Positions 9,145 through 19,278 of a stretch of DNA of 64,000 nucleotides are shown one piece after another. Source of the DNA: Candidatus Poribacteria bacterium (lineage in GTDB: Bacteria > Poribacteria > WGA-4E > JAJDTR01); NCBI GenBank assembly GCA_965222225.1, contig CBDCTK010000002.1, positions 256,001 through 320,000 of the forward strand. The letters are read 5' to 3'. Numbering within the stretch: position 1 is the first letter of the stretch; each line of letters begins with the position of its first letter. The notes under the pieces are model-generated. The model was not told the DNA's origin. It did no database searches and saw nothing but the letters and a program-made list of their open reading frames with translations. Both the position numbers and the translations under genes were made by a program.

Positions 9145-10138
9145 GTTGTCCCGGATCTTCCTCGCTTCGTCGGTAATTAACATCTCCCGGTGTCTCAAGC
9201 ACCGTGACTGTTGGGCGCACGTCCTGTTTAGGGAGGTAGTCCCCCATTTTCATTGCTAGTTCGGCTACGAGCCCGATTGAGAGTAAATGTATGCCCAAGA
9301 ACATCCACAATAATCCGAAAGTTAAAAGAACGCTCCACGACGCCAAAGTGTCCGCAAAGAGCGCGGCGACCACGACGAAAATCGTCAACAATCCGAGGAC
9401 GAAGGCGGGCATGCCAAGTGAGCCAAACCATAATCCGGGACGTGACGCAAAGCCGGTGAGTGTCTTCACTGTGATAATATCAAGCGCGACTCGCCAAACA
9501 CGTCCGATTCCATATTTACTTTTTCCAAAACGACGCGGATGGTGGTTCACGGGAATCTCTGCAATGCGTGCCCCTGCCAGTGTTGACATAGCAGGAATGA
9601 AGCGATGCATCTCGCCATAAAGTGTGACATTCTTGATAACAGATGCCCTATACGCCTTGAGTGAGCACCCGTTATCATGTATCTGGACGCCCGTAACCTT
9701 ACCAATTAACCAATTCGCAGCGACTGACGGTACACGTCGAGACCAAAACTTGTCTTGACGGTTCTTTCTCCAACCACAGACGATATCGTAGCCTTCATCC
9801 ATCTTCTCCAAGAGATGTGGAATGTCCGCCGGATCATTCTGTAGGTCTCCGTCCATACTAATCACCACTTCTCCACGTGCAAATTCAAACCCTGCCGCCA
9901 TAGCCGCTGTCTGACCGTAGTTTTTTCTGAATCGGATTGCCTTCACGCGGGCATCTTGGCTGTGAATCTCTTCCAGCATGTCAAAGGTTCGATCGTGACT
10001 TCCGTCATCAACGAAGACAATCTCGTAAGATTGCCGCAGCGATTCGCACGCTTTTCGAATCCGTTGATAGAGTGGGCGAACGTTGTCTTGCTCGTTAAAC
10101 ACCGGAATGACAACGGAAATGGCAGGTGTTTCTTCCAC
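9134..10138 (-). CDS. GT2 glycosyltransferase, ArnC/GtrB-like (polyprenyl-phosphate sugar transferase)
   Basis: VVIPVFNE, VDDGSHD, NYGQTAA, MDGDLQNDP and YGEMHRFIP motifs; two TM helices. Confidence 0.92.
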   Translation of the reverse strand: MEETPAISVVIPVFNEQDNVRPLYQRIRKACESLRQSYEIVFVDDGSHDRTFDMLEEIHSQDARVKAIRFRKNYGQTAAMAAGFEFARGEVVISMDGDLQNDPADIPHLLEKMDEGYDIVCGWRKNRQDKFWSRRVPSVAANWLIGKVTGVQIHDNGCSLKAYRASVIKNVTLYGEMHRFIPAMSTLAGARIAEIPVNHHPRRFGKSKYGIGRVWRVALDIITVKTLTGFASRPGLWFGSLGMPAFVLGLLTIFVVVAALFADTLASWSVLLTFGLLWMFLGIHLLSIGLVAELAMKMGDYLPKQDVRPTVTVLETPGDVNYRRSEEDPGQHAV

Positions 10139-10406
10139 AATCCAGGTCTTATCCTTCTGGAGAAATGCAACGACAGCCTCGGTGGGTTCGGTCGTAACTC
10201 AACATTATTTTCCCGGTTCCTCGCACGTGTCCTATGGCTTCAAACAGTCATCGGACGGGAGATAAACAGATATAACCCATGTCAATTAACGTGTGCGCAA
10301 CTGACCAATACATTAGTCATCAGACGCAAGTAGCGGACCATAGAGTTTGTCTGAAATTCACTTGATTGTCGAGCGTAAAAAATCGGAAACACGAATCTCC
10401 GTTATT

Positions 10407-11300
10407 TTACGATCGCCCGGGAAAAGTAAGTTCAGCTACACCAGATTTGTCCAGCTCTCCCTTTCCAAGTGCAATCATGCGGTCATACTGAGACTTTGTT
10501 GCCTTGGCGAGCGGCAAGTTCAATCCCGCCGATTCAGCAAGATCGAGTGCAATCCCGGAGTCCTTTGCCGCGTGCGCGGAGGAAAAGTAGCACTCATGGT
10601 CCCGATTCTCCATGTCCTCGCCATCCGTTTCCAATACTCTGGAGTTTGCTCCCGTTTGCGCGAAAACCTCTTGGAGCACCGTGAGATCGAGTCCGAGTGC
10701 GGCGCCGAGTCCCAACCCCTCCGCAAGCCCGGCCGTATTTATATTCATGACCATATTCACTAGAGCCTTGACTTCCGCAGCTTGTCCGGCTTTGCCGATG
10801 TAACGGAGTGAGACACTCATTGAATCCAGGATAGGTCTCGCTTGATTAAAAGCCGCTTCATTACCACCGCACATAAGATATAGTGTTCCCTCGCGAGCTT
10901 GCGTGATGCTTGATGCCATGCAACCTTCAAGACTTTGAGCGCCGTGTTTTTCCGCGAGTTTTTCCACGTCAACATGGACCTGCGGCGAAATTGTAGCGCA
11001 ATTGATAAACAGTTTTCCTTCAGCTCCTTTGAGAAGGCTGTCTTCAGCGCTATCCGAGAAGATTTGCCTCATCGCCGCGTCGTCGGTAACTACCGTAATA
11101 ATGTAATCGGCGAGCTCAGTCACTCCTGCGAGCGTGTTTGCAGCCTCGGCGCCGAGTTCGTCTGCAAGTGCTTGCGCCTGGTCTGAAACGGTGTCATACA
11201 CGGCAACGATCTGAAATCCTTCATCGTTCAAATGCCGCGCAATATTGCTTCCCATTCTACCGACACCGACAACCCCTATTTTGTAGTCTGAGTTTGCCAT
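10407..11300 (-). CDS. NAD(P)-dependent beta-hydroxyacid dehydrogenase family protein
   Basis: GVVGVGRMG Rossmann motif, AAEVKALVN and AAKDSG; RBS AAGGAG before ATG 11300. Confidence 0.88.
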   Translation of the reverse strand: MANSDYKIGVVGVGRMGSNIARHLNDEGFQIVAVYDTVSDQAQALADELGAEAANTLAGVTELADYIITVVTDDAAMRQIFSDSAEDSLLKGAEGKLFINCATISPQVHVDVEKLAEKHGAQSLEGCMASSITQAREGTLYLMCGGNEAAFNQARPILDSMSVSLRYIGKAGQAAEVKALVNMVMNINTAGLAEGLGLGAALGLDLTVLQEVFAQTGANSRVLETDGEDMENRDHECYFSSAHAAKDSGIALDLAESAGLNLPLAKATKSQYDRMIALGKGELDKSGVAELTFPGRS

Positions 11301-11636
11301 GTTCGTCTCCTTAAACCTTACAGCGTGGATGAGATTTGTTGCGTCGAAGCGGTCAACTTGGCTAGCCGGCAACCATAATTCAAAGAAGGTTTTTGCGAGG
11401 TTTCAACTTACCAAATACGCGGCAAGTTTATCACAATTCTGGAGCAAAGTACAGTGAAAAGGTGTGTGCAAATGCACATGCGTGTCCGTCATAACAGGAA
11501 TATTGGACGTTCCTTAATGTACATTGACCGATGTTTATGGGCCACCGACTGCCCTGGTGGTCTCCGCGAAAACCCTTGAAAACACCTGTGGGCAATGATA
11601 TAATAGCCTCAAAATCGTGCAGGCTTTGGGAGTAAA

Positions 11637-14600
11637 GTGATGACATATCAGGGTGTTTTCTGTCGCCGAATAATCGCAATCATCTTTATTACTGTTGTGC
11701 TGGTTTTTCCCGCAATCGCAGGTGAGCGCGAAGAATACACCTTTGCGTTTAAGTTATTCCAAGATGGGAAATATATTTTCGCGAAAGACCAATTTAAAGC
11801 CTACCTTGAGAACTATCCGGAAGGCGAAAATGCCGACGATGCACGCTTCCTATTAGGCGAGTGTGCGTTGCGCCTTGAGGACTATGATGATGCCATCCTG
11901 CACTATAAGAAACTGACCGCAAATCCGGCAAGCCCCTTACGCTTGGATGCCGTGCGTGGTGTGGCAACCGCCTGGTTTCATCAAGGCAGGTATGAGGAGG
12001 CCATCAAGGCGTATGAGGAAGTCATAAAAGGGTCGAAAGATGATAATGCGCTCTCGCGGAGTCTTTATCTCGTTGGAGAATCGTACGACAACCTAGGGCT
12101 ATATCAAAAAGCCGTGGAATATTACAATCGAGTCCTAAGGCAATTTCCGAAATCAGCCGAAGCCAAAGACGCATTGTATGGTGCGGCGTGGGGGCTTTTT
12201 CGACTCGAAGACTACAAAGCGGCATACAAGGCTTTTGCCGAGTTCGTCAAAACTTCATCGAATCATCCTGCAATTGTAGAGGCTTCATATCGTGCAGCCG
12301 AGTCGCTCTTCAAGTTTGGCGATTGGGAAAATGCTCAAGCCGCATACCAGAACTTAATCGACACCTACCGAGATAATGAGGAACACCGCGAATTTGTTAT
12401 TAACGCGCGATACCGCCTCGGCGAATGTTACTTTCAGCAGCGGATGATGGAAAAAGCAAAGAACACCTTCAACTTGCTGCTTCATGAAAGCGGCGCCTCG
12501 TCCGTGGCACCGGATGCACAATACTGGATCGCCGAGATTCTCTTGGAGCAGGGGAAGTACGTGGAGGCAATTCACGAGTATCAAAAGGTGAAGGAGCTAT
12601 ATCCGAGAAGTGATGTTGTTGTTGACGCGCAATTTGGAATTGCAACGGTTCATTTCCTTCAGGAGGACTATGCGCAAGCGCGCAGTCAATTCAAGGTTGT
12701 TGCCGATAATCCGCGTTCCGATCTTGCCGACCCTGCACGTTTCCGCATTGGCGAATGTTTTCGTTTGCAACGCGAGTTTAATTCTGCCATCTTAAACTAC
12801 AAAAAGGTTAGCCCGAAATCAGCCTATGCTGACGATGCGCTATACGGTTTCGCCACAAGCGCCTTTCAGTTGCGAGATTATGCCGAGACAGTTCGCACGC
12901 TGAATGCCCTGCTCCAATCCCATCCTTCTAGCCCCCTTAAAACTTATGCTCTTTATCAACTCGCCCTAGCCTATTTCCATCAAAAAGAATACGGAAAATG
13001 TGTCGAAGCCCTGAATCGACATGAGGAAGTTCGCGGCGGCGCGACATTGGAAACAGCGCCGGCGGATGAAGTCCTGATTTGGAAAGCACGCGCTCTCTAT
13101 GAGCTTGAGGATTATCAAGCAACGATCCGGACGTGTGAACGTTTAATTCGAGAATATCCAAAAAGTTCGGTTCGATTCCGAGCGGAGTTTTTTATTGCCG
13201 AAAGCACTTATTGGAGCGATCAAACGGTTGAAGCCTATCGCTCTGCCCGTTCCCAATACCAATCCTTGTTGAGCAAACAACCTGCCGCCGAGTGGGCGGA
13301 AAAATGCCGTTACGGAATCGGTTGGACCCATCTTTCCGAAGCAGCCGCGTCAAGCGGTCAGAACCGGGCCGTGCAATATCAAGAGGCGATTAACGCATGG
13401 GCAGAAGTTATCAAGCATCATCCTCGCGGCGAATTTGCGGACGCGGCGCTTTACCAGAGTGGAGTTGTTTATAGTAACCTCAAACAGTACAGCGAGGGGA
13501 TAGAAGCGTTTAATCAAATACTTTCGGGTTATCCGGGCAGCGATTGGCACGACAATGCCCGGTACCAAATTGGACGAGCCTACTACAAACAGGAGAAATA
13601 TCCAGAAGTAATTATCGCTTTCAACGATATGTTGCGTGAGCATCCCGGTTCGCCCCTTGTTCCCAAAGCAATCTTCGGCACCGCCAACGCGTATTTCAAG
13701 CAGAGTAAGTTTAACGACGCCATCAGATATTATCAGCAGGTTGTTGAGAAGTTTCCCAATCAAATGGTGCCCGTACACGAAGCGGGCGCAGAACCAATCG
13801 AAGACCTCCGCCCTGAAGCGCAATACTTTAGCGCCGAGAGCTATCTGAACCTCGCAGATTATTTACAGGCAATCCGCGCTTATGAACAAGTAATCCAACA
13901 TTACCCAAAGAATGATTGGGCTGACGATGCACAATACGGTATTGCCGTCGCATACGAAAATCTGGGACAGAAAGAGAAAGCAATTCAGGCGTACCAGACC
14001 TTGATGGTCAGGTATGCCGATGGAGAACTTGCTCACGCTGTACAGTTGCAGATTGCACGTTTCTACTATCAAGATAAGGACTACAAACGCGCCATCGCGG
14101 AGTTCCAAAAGGTCATCAATCAGTATCCCAAAACCGCATCGGCATGGCTCGCACAGTACAATATCGGGAAATGTTATCTTGCTTTAGATTCTTATCGGCA
14201 AGCGATTCAAGCCTTTGAGCGGGTTGATCCGCGAAGCGAGTACGCGTCGACCGCCGCTTTTGAGATTGGAAATGCTTGGTACGATCCGAATAATCAGCGT
14301 CGGAATCTAGGTAACGCCGTGGAAGCGCTTCGAAATGTATTGATAAACTATCCGGACAGTCCTGATGCCCCACGTGCTCTGCTGCTTGCGGGACAGTGTT
14401 ACGAGGAGTTGGTGCAGTGGGATGAGGCGATTGAAATGTATCGGTATATAATCGCCGAGTATCCGAATTCCAAGCAGGCTGAAGTTGCACAGCTCGTTTT
14501 GGGGCACGCCCATCGTTCCGCCGGCAACTACGTGAAAGCTATAGAGGCATACGATGTTATTCGTGAAGGTGGTGTCGGCAGGTATCCTCCCCATGTTGTC

Positions 14601-14924
14601 ATTGAGGGAATCCTGCACATGGCGGAAACACAATCACGCATGAGCAAGCATCGTGACGCCGCGACCTCATACCTTCGCGTATTCTACCTGTATAAGGAGC
14701 ACGATCCCCTCAGCGCTTTAACTGCTGCCGTTCGAGCGGGGGATGCTTTCGCCGACGCAACTCAGTTGAGAAACGCACGTGATGAATATCAGAGGGCTGT
14801 TAAATTTTGTGAATCGCAGAGTTCAGTAATCCAAGATTCCCCGAACAAAAAATCATGGGACAAGTTGTACAACTACGCTAGGGAAAAACTTGAACAGGTT
14901 ACAAGCAAAATTAATCAGAACTGA
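11637..14924 (+). CDS. Large secreted TPR protein (CpoB/BamD-like repeats)
   Basis: Signal peptide ending PAIA; many repeats of the type (Y/F/H)P.S..A.DA.Y.IG along 1095 aa. Confidence 0.9.
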   Translation: MMTYQGVFCRRIIAIIFITVVLVFPAIAGEREEYTFAFKLFQDGKYIFAKDQFKAYLENYPEGENADDARFLLGECALRLEDYDDAILHYKKLTANPASPLRLDAVRGVATAWFHQGRYEEAIKAYEEVIKGSKDDNALSRSLYLVGESYDNLGLYQKAVEYYNRVLRQFPKSAEAKDALYGAAWGLFRLEDYKAAYKAFAEFVKTSSNHPAIVEASYRAAESLFKFGDWENAQAAYQNLIDTYRDNEEHREFVINARYRLGECYFQQRMMEKAKNTFNLLLHESGASSVAPDAQYWIAEILLEQGKYVEAIHEYQKVKELYPRSDVVVDAQFGIATVHFLQEDYAQARSQFKVVADNPRSDLADPARFRIGECFRLQREFNSAILNYKKVSPKSAYADDALYGFATSAFQLRDYAETVRTLNALLQSHPSSPLKTYALYQLALAYFHQKEYGKCVEALNRHEEVRGGATLETAPADEVLIWKARALYELEDYQATIRTCERLIREYPKSSVRFRAEFFIAESTYWSDQTVEAYRSARSQYQSLLSKQPAAEWAEKCRYGIGWTHLSEAAASSGQNRAVQYQEAINAWAEVIKHHPRGEFADAALYQSGVVYSNLKQYSEGIEAFNQILSGYPGSDWHDNARYQIGRAYYKQEKYPEVIIAFNDMLREHPGSPLVPKAIFGTANAYFKQSKFNDAIRYYQQVVEKFPNQMVPVHEAGAEPIEDLRPEAQYFSAESYLNLADYLQAIRAYEQVIQHYPKNDWADDAQYGIAVAYENLGQKEKAIQAYQTLMVRYADGELAHAVQLQIARFYYQDKDYKRAIAEFQKVINQYPKTASAWLAQYNIGKCYLALDSYRQAIQAFERVDPRSEYASTAAFEIGNAWYDPNNQRRNLGNAVEALRNVLINYPDSPDAPRALLLAGQCYEELVQWDEAIEMYRYIIAEYPNSKQAEVAQLVLGHAHRSAGNYVKAIEAYDVIREGGVGRYPPHVVIEGILHMAETQSRMSKHRDAATSYLRVFYLYKEHDPLSALTAAVRAGDAFADATQLRNARDEYQRAVKFCESQSSVIQDSPNKKSWDKLYNYAREKLEQVTSKINQN

Positions 14925-15278
14925 ACTGATGTGGAACCTGAATAAGTGGCATAAACCAATCCTTGTAGAATCAATTTATCGGTTGCGACCATCTCCGCGT
15001 GGCAGGGCAGGAAGGTCTCTATCGCACGTGCTATGAGGTCACTATGGAAGTTCTATCGCGTTCCCTATCCGGTCGCTTGATGCCTCGTTGTGCACTCGGT
15101 TAATCTTGCTTAATCCTGCCTACCGTCGCGACCTCCTGATACCGCGTAGGTCCTAGGGATGTCAATTCGCAGGAACCGCGCCATGTGTCAGCCGTGGCGC
15201 TGACCAATACATCTCTTCCGAAAAACACGGTTTCTTTGAACAGTTTTCCAGCAACCGTTTCTCAATAGGCAATGTCCA

Positions 15279-17015
15279 TTGGCAAAATATCTATTGGCAA
15301 TCAATCTTCTCGTTATTTTCTGTGGGTTGAGCGGTTTCAATCTGTGTGCCCAACCACCGGTGACGGAAGAACAGTTGAAAGCCGAAGATTTGCCAGATGT
15401 CATTCGAGCGCGAATTATTGATACAACGCAGATATGGTTGCTGCCCCGCGAACGATTCAAGGATTCAGTCAAACCCCAACTCATCCCCGCATTGGCGTTA
15501 TATGCCAAAGAACGCCGGTGGAACCTGCCTCCTATCCTAACGCCAACCAAAGTCAGCAGGACGCAACCTTCACCGCGCGAAAACTACCTGCTGAGACTTA
15601 CCGCCTACCCAAGCCTGCCCGACGCGCTCTTCTATCAAGCAGTCTTTGCAGGAAACCTTGACAACACGCGTGCGTTTCTTCATCTGAACCGTAAACAATT
15701 AGGCGATGAGCGCACAAAAGGGCGGGGAGACTATAGCACTGATGGAATCCGGGGCGGGTTAACTTATCAGTACAGCGAGCGGAGTGAATTTGCAGTGGGT
15801 GCCGCGCTTGACCTCAAGAATCTCAACTGGCTGACGACAGAACCGGGGAATAGCCCTATTGGCAAAGAAGTACAACATCTCCGTTCCACTGTCCGTTGGG
15901 AGCAGGGAATTTCACAACGAGGACGCACCGCGATATCCGTTGATCTGGAGGAGTTCCGCCTACTGCCCGCGCGAGGGGAAACGCAACCCGAAAATCGGGC
16001 GACGGACATGCGATTCAAACTCGATCTGGAAATCCCCGTTGGCATACAGAACCCATTTCACCTCGGTAGAGGGGTTGACATAAATCCAATCCATCTCGGT
16101 GCGGTTGCGGAATACTTCACCGCAGCGAATGACCCTGATACGGATGAGTTGCTGAGCCGAGACAATTGGTCAACAATCTTCCGCTTGTATGTTCGTGATG
16201 AGTTTACCTCGGTAAAATGGTTTGTTCTGGGGATTGGAGCGGAGGGAGTTGGCTATCGAGAACGCGATAACCTTGGAGAGGAGGTAACGCACTTAAAGGT
16301 TAATCCACATGTGGCGATTACAACACATCTCGGCGATCGCTGGACTTTTCAATTGCAGGGGAGACGGAATATCCAGCGAGCCAAGCTGTCGGAATTCTAC
16401 TTCGACACCGATTACCTCAGTCTGAATCCGTTCCTACGCCCCGAAAAGACGTGGGACGGAAAGGTGACCCTCACCCGTCACCAAGGGAGGAGGTTTGAAG
16501 CCAATTTCTCCGGGTTTGCCAAGCAGGTTGAGGACCTCGTTGTTCTGGAAAAGTTATCGACAAACTCCGGAAGCACCCCGATAGAGCTTGCATGGGTGCC
16601 GCAGAATCGCGATACATCCGTCCAAATCTTCGGCGGAAGTGTTAGTATGACTGCCTACATCACGAATCGCTTGGAAGCGCAAATTCAGTACACACATGAA
16701 GTTCATAAGCCGAAAATTGGCGAATGGATTGCATATCGACCAAATGACTTCATCGACTTAAATGCTATCTTTCATTTTCCGGCTGATTTCCACATTGAGC
16801 TAGGCGGGGAGTTTCGAGGCGCGCGCTACCTGGATGAGACGACCGATAGAACTTTGGAGCGTTACTTTCTGCTGAAACCGAAGATAAGCAAGATTATCGA
16901 AAACCATGTGGGCTTGTTTGTTGGCGGGAATTTTGCTATCGGCACATACATGCTCCTGGACGGATACGAGCTTGCCCAGGATAACCTTGATTTCGGACTT
17001 GAGTTGAGATTTTAA
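15279..17015 (+). CDS. Outer-membrane beta-barrel protein resembling the C-terminal part of a TonB-dependent receptor
   Basis: Signal peptide; amphipathic strands; NPFLRPEK (NP.L.PE motif); C-terminal beta-signal FGLELRF; no recognisable plug domain. Confidence 0.7.
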   Translation: MAKYLLAINLLVIFCGLSGFNLCAQPPVTEEQLKAEDLPDVIRARIIDTTQIWLLPRERFKDSVKPQLIPALALYAKERRWNLPPILTPTKVSRTQPSPRENYLLRLTAYPSLPDALFYQAVFAGNLDNTRAFLHLNRKQLGDERTKGRGDYSTDGIRGGLTYQYSERSEFAVGAALDLKNLNWLTTEPGNSPIGKEVQHLRSTVRWEQGISQRGRTAISVDLEEFRLLPARGETQPENRATDMRFKLDLEIPVGIQNPFHLGRGVDINPIHLGAVAEYFTAANDPDTDELLSRDNWSTIFRLYVRDEFTSVKWFVLGIGAEGVGYRERDNLGEEVTHLKVNPHVAITTHLGDRWTFQLQGRRNIQRAKLSEFYFDTDYLSLNPFLRPEKTWDGKVTLTRHQGRRFEANFSGFAKQVEDLVVLEKLSTNSGSTPIELAWVPQNRDTSVQIFGGSVSMTAYITNRLEAQIQYTHEVHKPKIGEWIAYRPNDFIDLNAIFHFPADFHIELGGEFRGARYLDETTDRTLERYFLLKPKISKIIENHVGLFVGGNFAIGTYMLLDGYELAQDNLDFGLELRF

Positions 17016-17053
17016 TCACGATATTCTCAAATCCTTGATTGGCAGAGTCACTT

Positions 17054-17749
17054 ATGGAATACGTTGTAAGCCTGATTATCTCGGGATTGGTCCGATTGAC
17101 GAGCGGGGGACCTATTTTAATCCCGATAATCTTTTTCTCGCTCTGGTCGCACAAGATTATTCTTGAACGGGCGTACCGCCTTCACCGTCGGCGCGTCATC
17201 CCGCCACGTTTTGTGACACAAAGTATCTATCATGAACTTGTGCAGGGCAATCCGGACATTGCCATCAAGATGTGCGAAAAGAGTCCCGGACCGCTGAGTA
17301 ATGTCCTCCGAGCCGGTATCCAGCATCGTGATGCTGACGAGGAAACCCTTAAGCGAATTGTTCGTCAGGCGATACGTGCCGAGAAGCCGGTTTTGACCGA
17401 GGGGCTTAGCACTTTGGGAATGCTTGCTCCAGTTGCAATGTTCACCGGTTTACTCGGTACCGTGCTGGGTATGAAAGGCTCGTTTGGTGCATTGATAGAG
17501 GTGCAAACCAAGCAATTGCCCACTATTGCGGACGGTATTTCCGAAGCATTGCTCACGACCGCCGCCGGATTAATTGTCGCGCTACCCAGTTATGTCGCTT
17601 ACGATTACTTCAGAAATAAGGCAGATCGGCTTCTCGCGGATTTAGAGAGGCACGGGATGTCGCTCGTTCGTTTCCTCGCCACGGGGGAATACAAGCTCTT
17701 TCAAGAGGAATATGGGGACATTCGGGAGTTGAAAAGGGTTGAAGACTGA
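17054..17749 (+). CDS. MotA/TolQ/ExbB proton channel protein
   Basis: GG.ILIPI, GLLGTVLGM and GISEALLTTAAGLIVALP motifs. Confidence 0.9.
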   Translation: MEYVVSLIISGLVRLTSGGPILIPIIFFSLWSHKIILERAYRLHRRRVIPPRFVTQSIYHELVQGNPDIAIKMCEKSPGPLSNVLRAGIQHRDADEETLKRIVRQAIRAEKPVLTEGLSTLGMLAPVAMFTGLLGTVLGMKGSFGALIEVQTKQLPTIADGISEALLTTAAGLIVALPSYVAYDYFRNKADRLLADLERHGMSLVRFLATGEYKLFQEEYGDIRELKRVED

Positions 17750-18627
17750 TGGAGAGAAAAAAGCGCGGAGGTCGATTCTTCATAGGGATTGTGGTCGTTG
17801 AGCACATCGTGTTTGCCCTTTTGATGGCATTGGCGATTGCTCCCAAGTCGCCGCCGCGACCCAAGGAGACCGCCATTAACGTTGATATCATCAAAACCGA
17901 AACGCCGCGAAAGAAAATCAATACGGAGATTCCTATCGCAGTCCCCAATGTTAGACAGAGTCGTCCTTCCGATACGCTGCCCCAAATCCAAGCCACGACC
18001 AATCTTCGCGACTATCTTGCGACGACACAAACGGAAGGTGGATTGCCGAATCTTCGAAGAACACAGGCATCCAGCGAGAATCCCGAACGCTTGTCACTCG
18101 GTGCCCCCCCGTCAAAAGGGCGCAGCAAAGGCGATTTTCTAGATGAGCCCAACGCTCTGGTTCGTAGTAAACCACTTGACATTGAGACAGGGTATCACGG
18201 TCGCGATAGCCATAGGGGATTGCCGGAGAGGGATGCGCGTCGGTCAATTACGGGCGAGAGCGGAAAAGCTCTCGCAGGCAGGTTCGCCCCGGGCAAATTG
18301 TCGGGAGTGAAAACCAATCTAATTACGGAAGGCGTGCCCTACGAAATCAGCGGAGAGGTGAGTGGTAGAGCGGTGATAAGCGGCTTGGAGAAGCCGCTTC
18401 AGTCAAAGGGCAAACAGGGCGGCGGTGTGCATCTCAGCTTCAAAGTCCGACCTGATGGAAGCGTGTTCAGCGTGCAACTCAAGCCGGGACGGACGACTAT
18501 CGGCGAGGTTAGACTAAAGGAGCGTGCGAGGCGCTACGTCGAACAGATTCGATTCAGTGTACTGCCCAAGAATGTGTCTCAGGTTGTACAGTCCGGAGAG
18601 ATATTCATTAACTTTACCGTGAATTAG
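17749..18627 (+). CDS. TonB/TolA-like energy transducer
   Basis: Single N-terminal TM helix with a His; Pro/Lys-rich linker; C-terminal GGVHLSFKVRPDGSV TonB-C-like motif; coupled to exbB by a TGATG overlap. Confidence 0.65.
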   Translation: MERKKRGGRFFIGIVVVEHIVFALLMALAIAPKSPPRPKETAINVDIIKTETPRKKINTEIPIAVPNVRQSRPSDTLPQIQATTNLRDYLATTQTEGGLPNLRRTQASSENPERLSLGAPPSKGRSKGDFLDEPNALVRSKPLDIETGYHGRDSHRGLPERDARRSITGESGKALAGRFAPGKLSGVKTNLITEGVPYEISGEVSGRAVISGLEKPLQSKGKQGGGVHLSFKVRPDGSVFSVQLKPGRTTIGEVRLKERARRYVEQIRFSVLPKNVSQVVQSGEIFINFTVN

Positions 18628-18933
18628 AAGTTGGTCGGAGCCTTCTCGCGTAGCGATTAGTTGTCCGGAGAGGGGAGATTCTCACCAAGGATTCCATCTC
18701 GGTGTGATAATTGAAGAGAAATCTTTATCGCACTTGTTGTTTGACCGTTGAATCTCTCTTGATTCTCAATGGCAATCAACCATTTAACAGACTATTATTG
18801 ATTGCACCCGACAAGAAATGGTCATGCTACGAACGACGGGGTTTTAATCGCGCCGCTACGAACAGAAGAGCCCAGACATCTCCCTACCTTCCAATCTTCC
18901 ACCCTTCCATTCCACAGGGTGAAAGGTATCCCG

Positions 18934-19239
18934 TTATTCTATTTCTAGCTTCTGTTGGACACTAGCGACCTTGTCATCCATGGTCTGATTTCGGTCAATG
19001 CGCGTGCCAAACTTCAGCGTTGTCGAGATGCGAGGCGCTCCCATCTCGTGCACCACTTCATGGCATCGCTTGATTGCGGCAAAAACCGCGTCCCACTCCC
19101 CCTCAATATTGGTGCCGTAGGCATGCAGTTGTGTTTTCAGGCCCGCCTCTTTGAGGACCTTCTCGCACGCCGCGACATGTTTTGAAACGGATACCCCCAC
19201 GCCTATCGGCACCACGCACAGGTCGGCAATAATCTTCAT
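18934..19239 (-). CDS. MTH1187/YkoF family thiamine-binding protein
   Basis: VVPIGVG, LHAYGTNIEGEWD and PRISTTLK motifs; about 100 aa. Confidence 0.9.
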   Translation of the reverse strand: MKIIADLCVVPIGVGVSVSKHVAACEKVLKEAGLKTQLHAYGTNIEGEWDAVFAAIKRCHEVVHEMGAPRISTTLKFGTRIDRNQTMDDKVASVQQKLEIE

Positions 19240-19278
19240 TCTTACACCCTCCGTCACACCGGCGAAACGATGCGCTTT

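Noticed and set aside
14925-15278. CRISPR array or structured ncRNA in repeat-rich intergenic regions
   Set aside because: The repeats are degenerate and irregularly spaced with no unique spacers and no cas genes; they fit the dispersed repeat module.
18886-18914. CTTCCA short tandem repeats (also near 28288-28310)
   Set aside because: Only three or four imperfect units in intergenic DNA, with no evidence of function.
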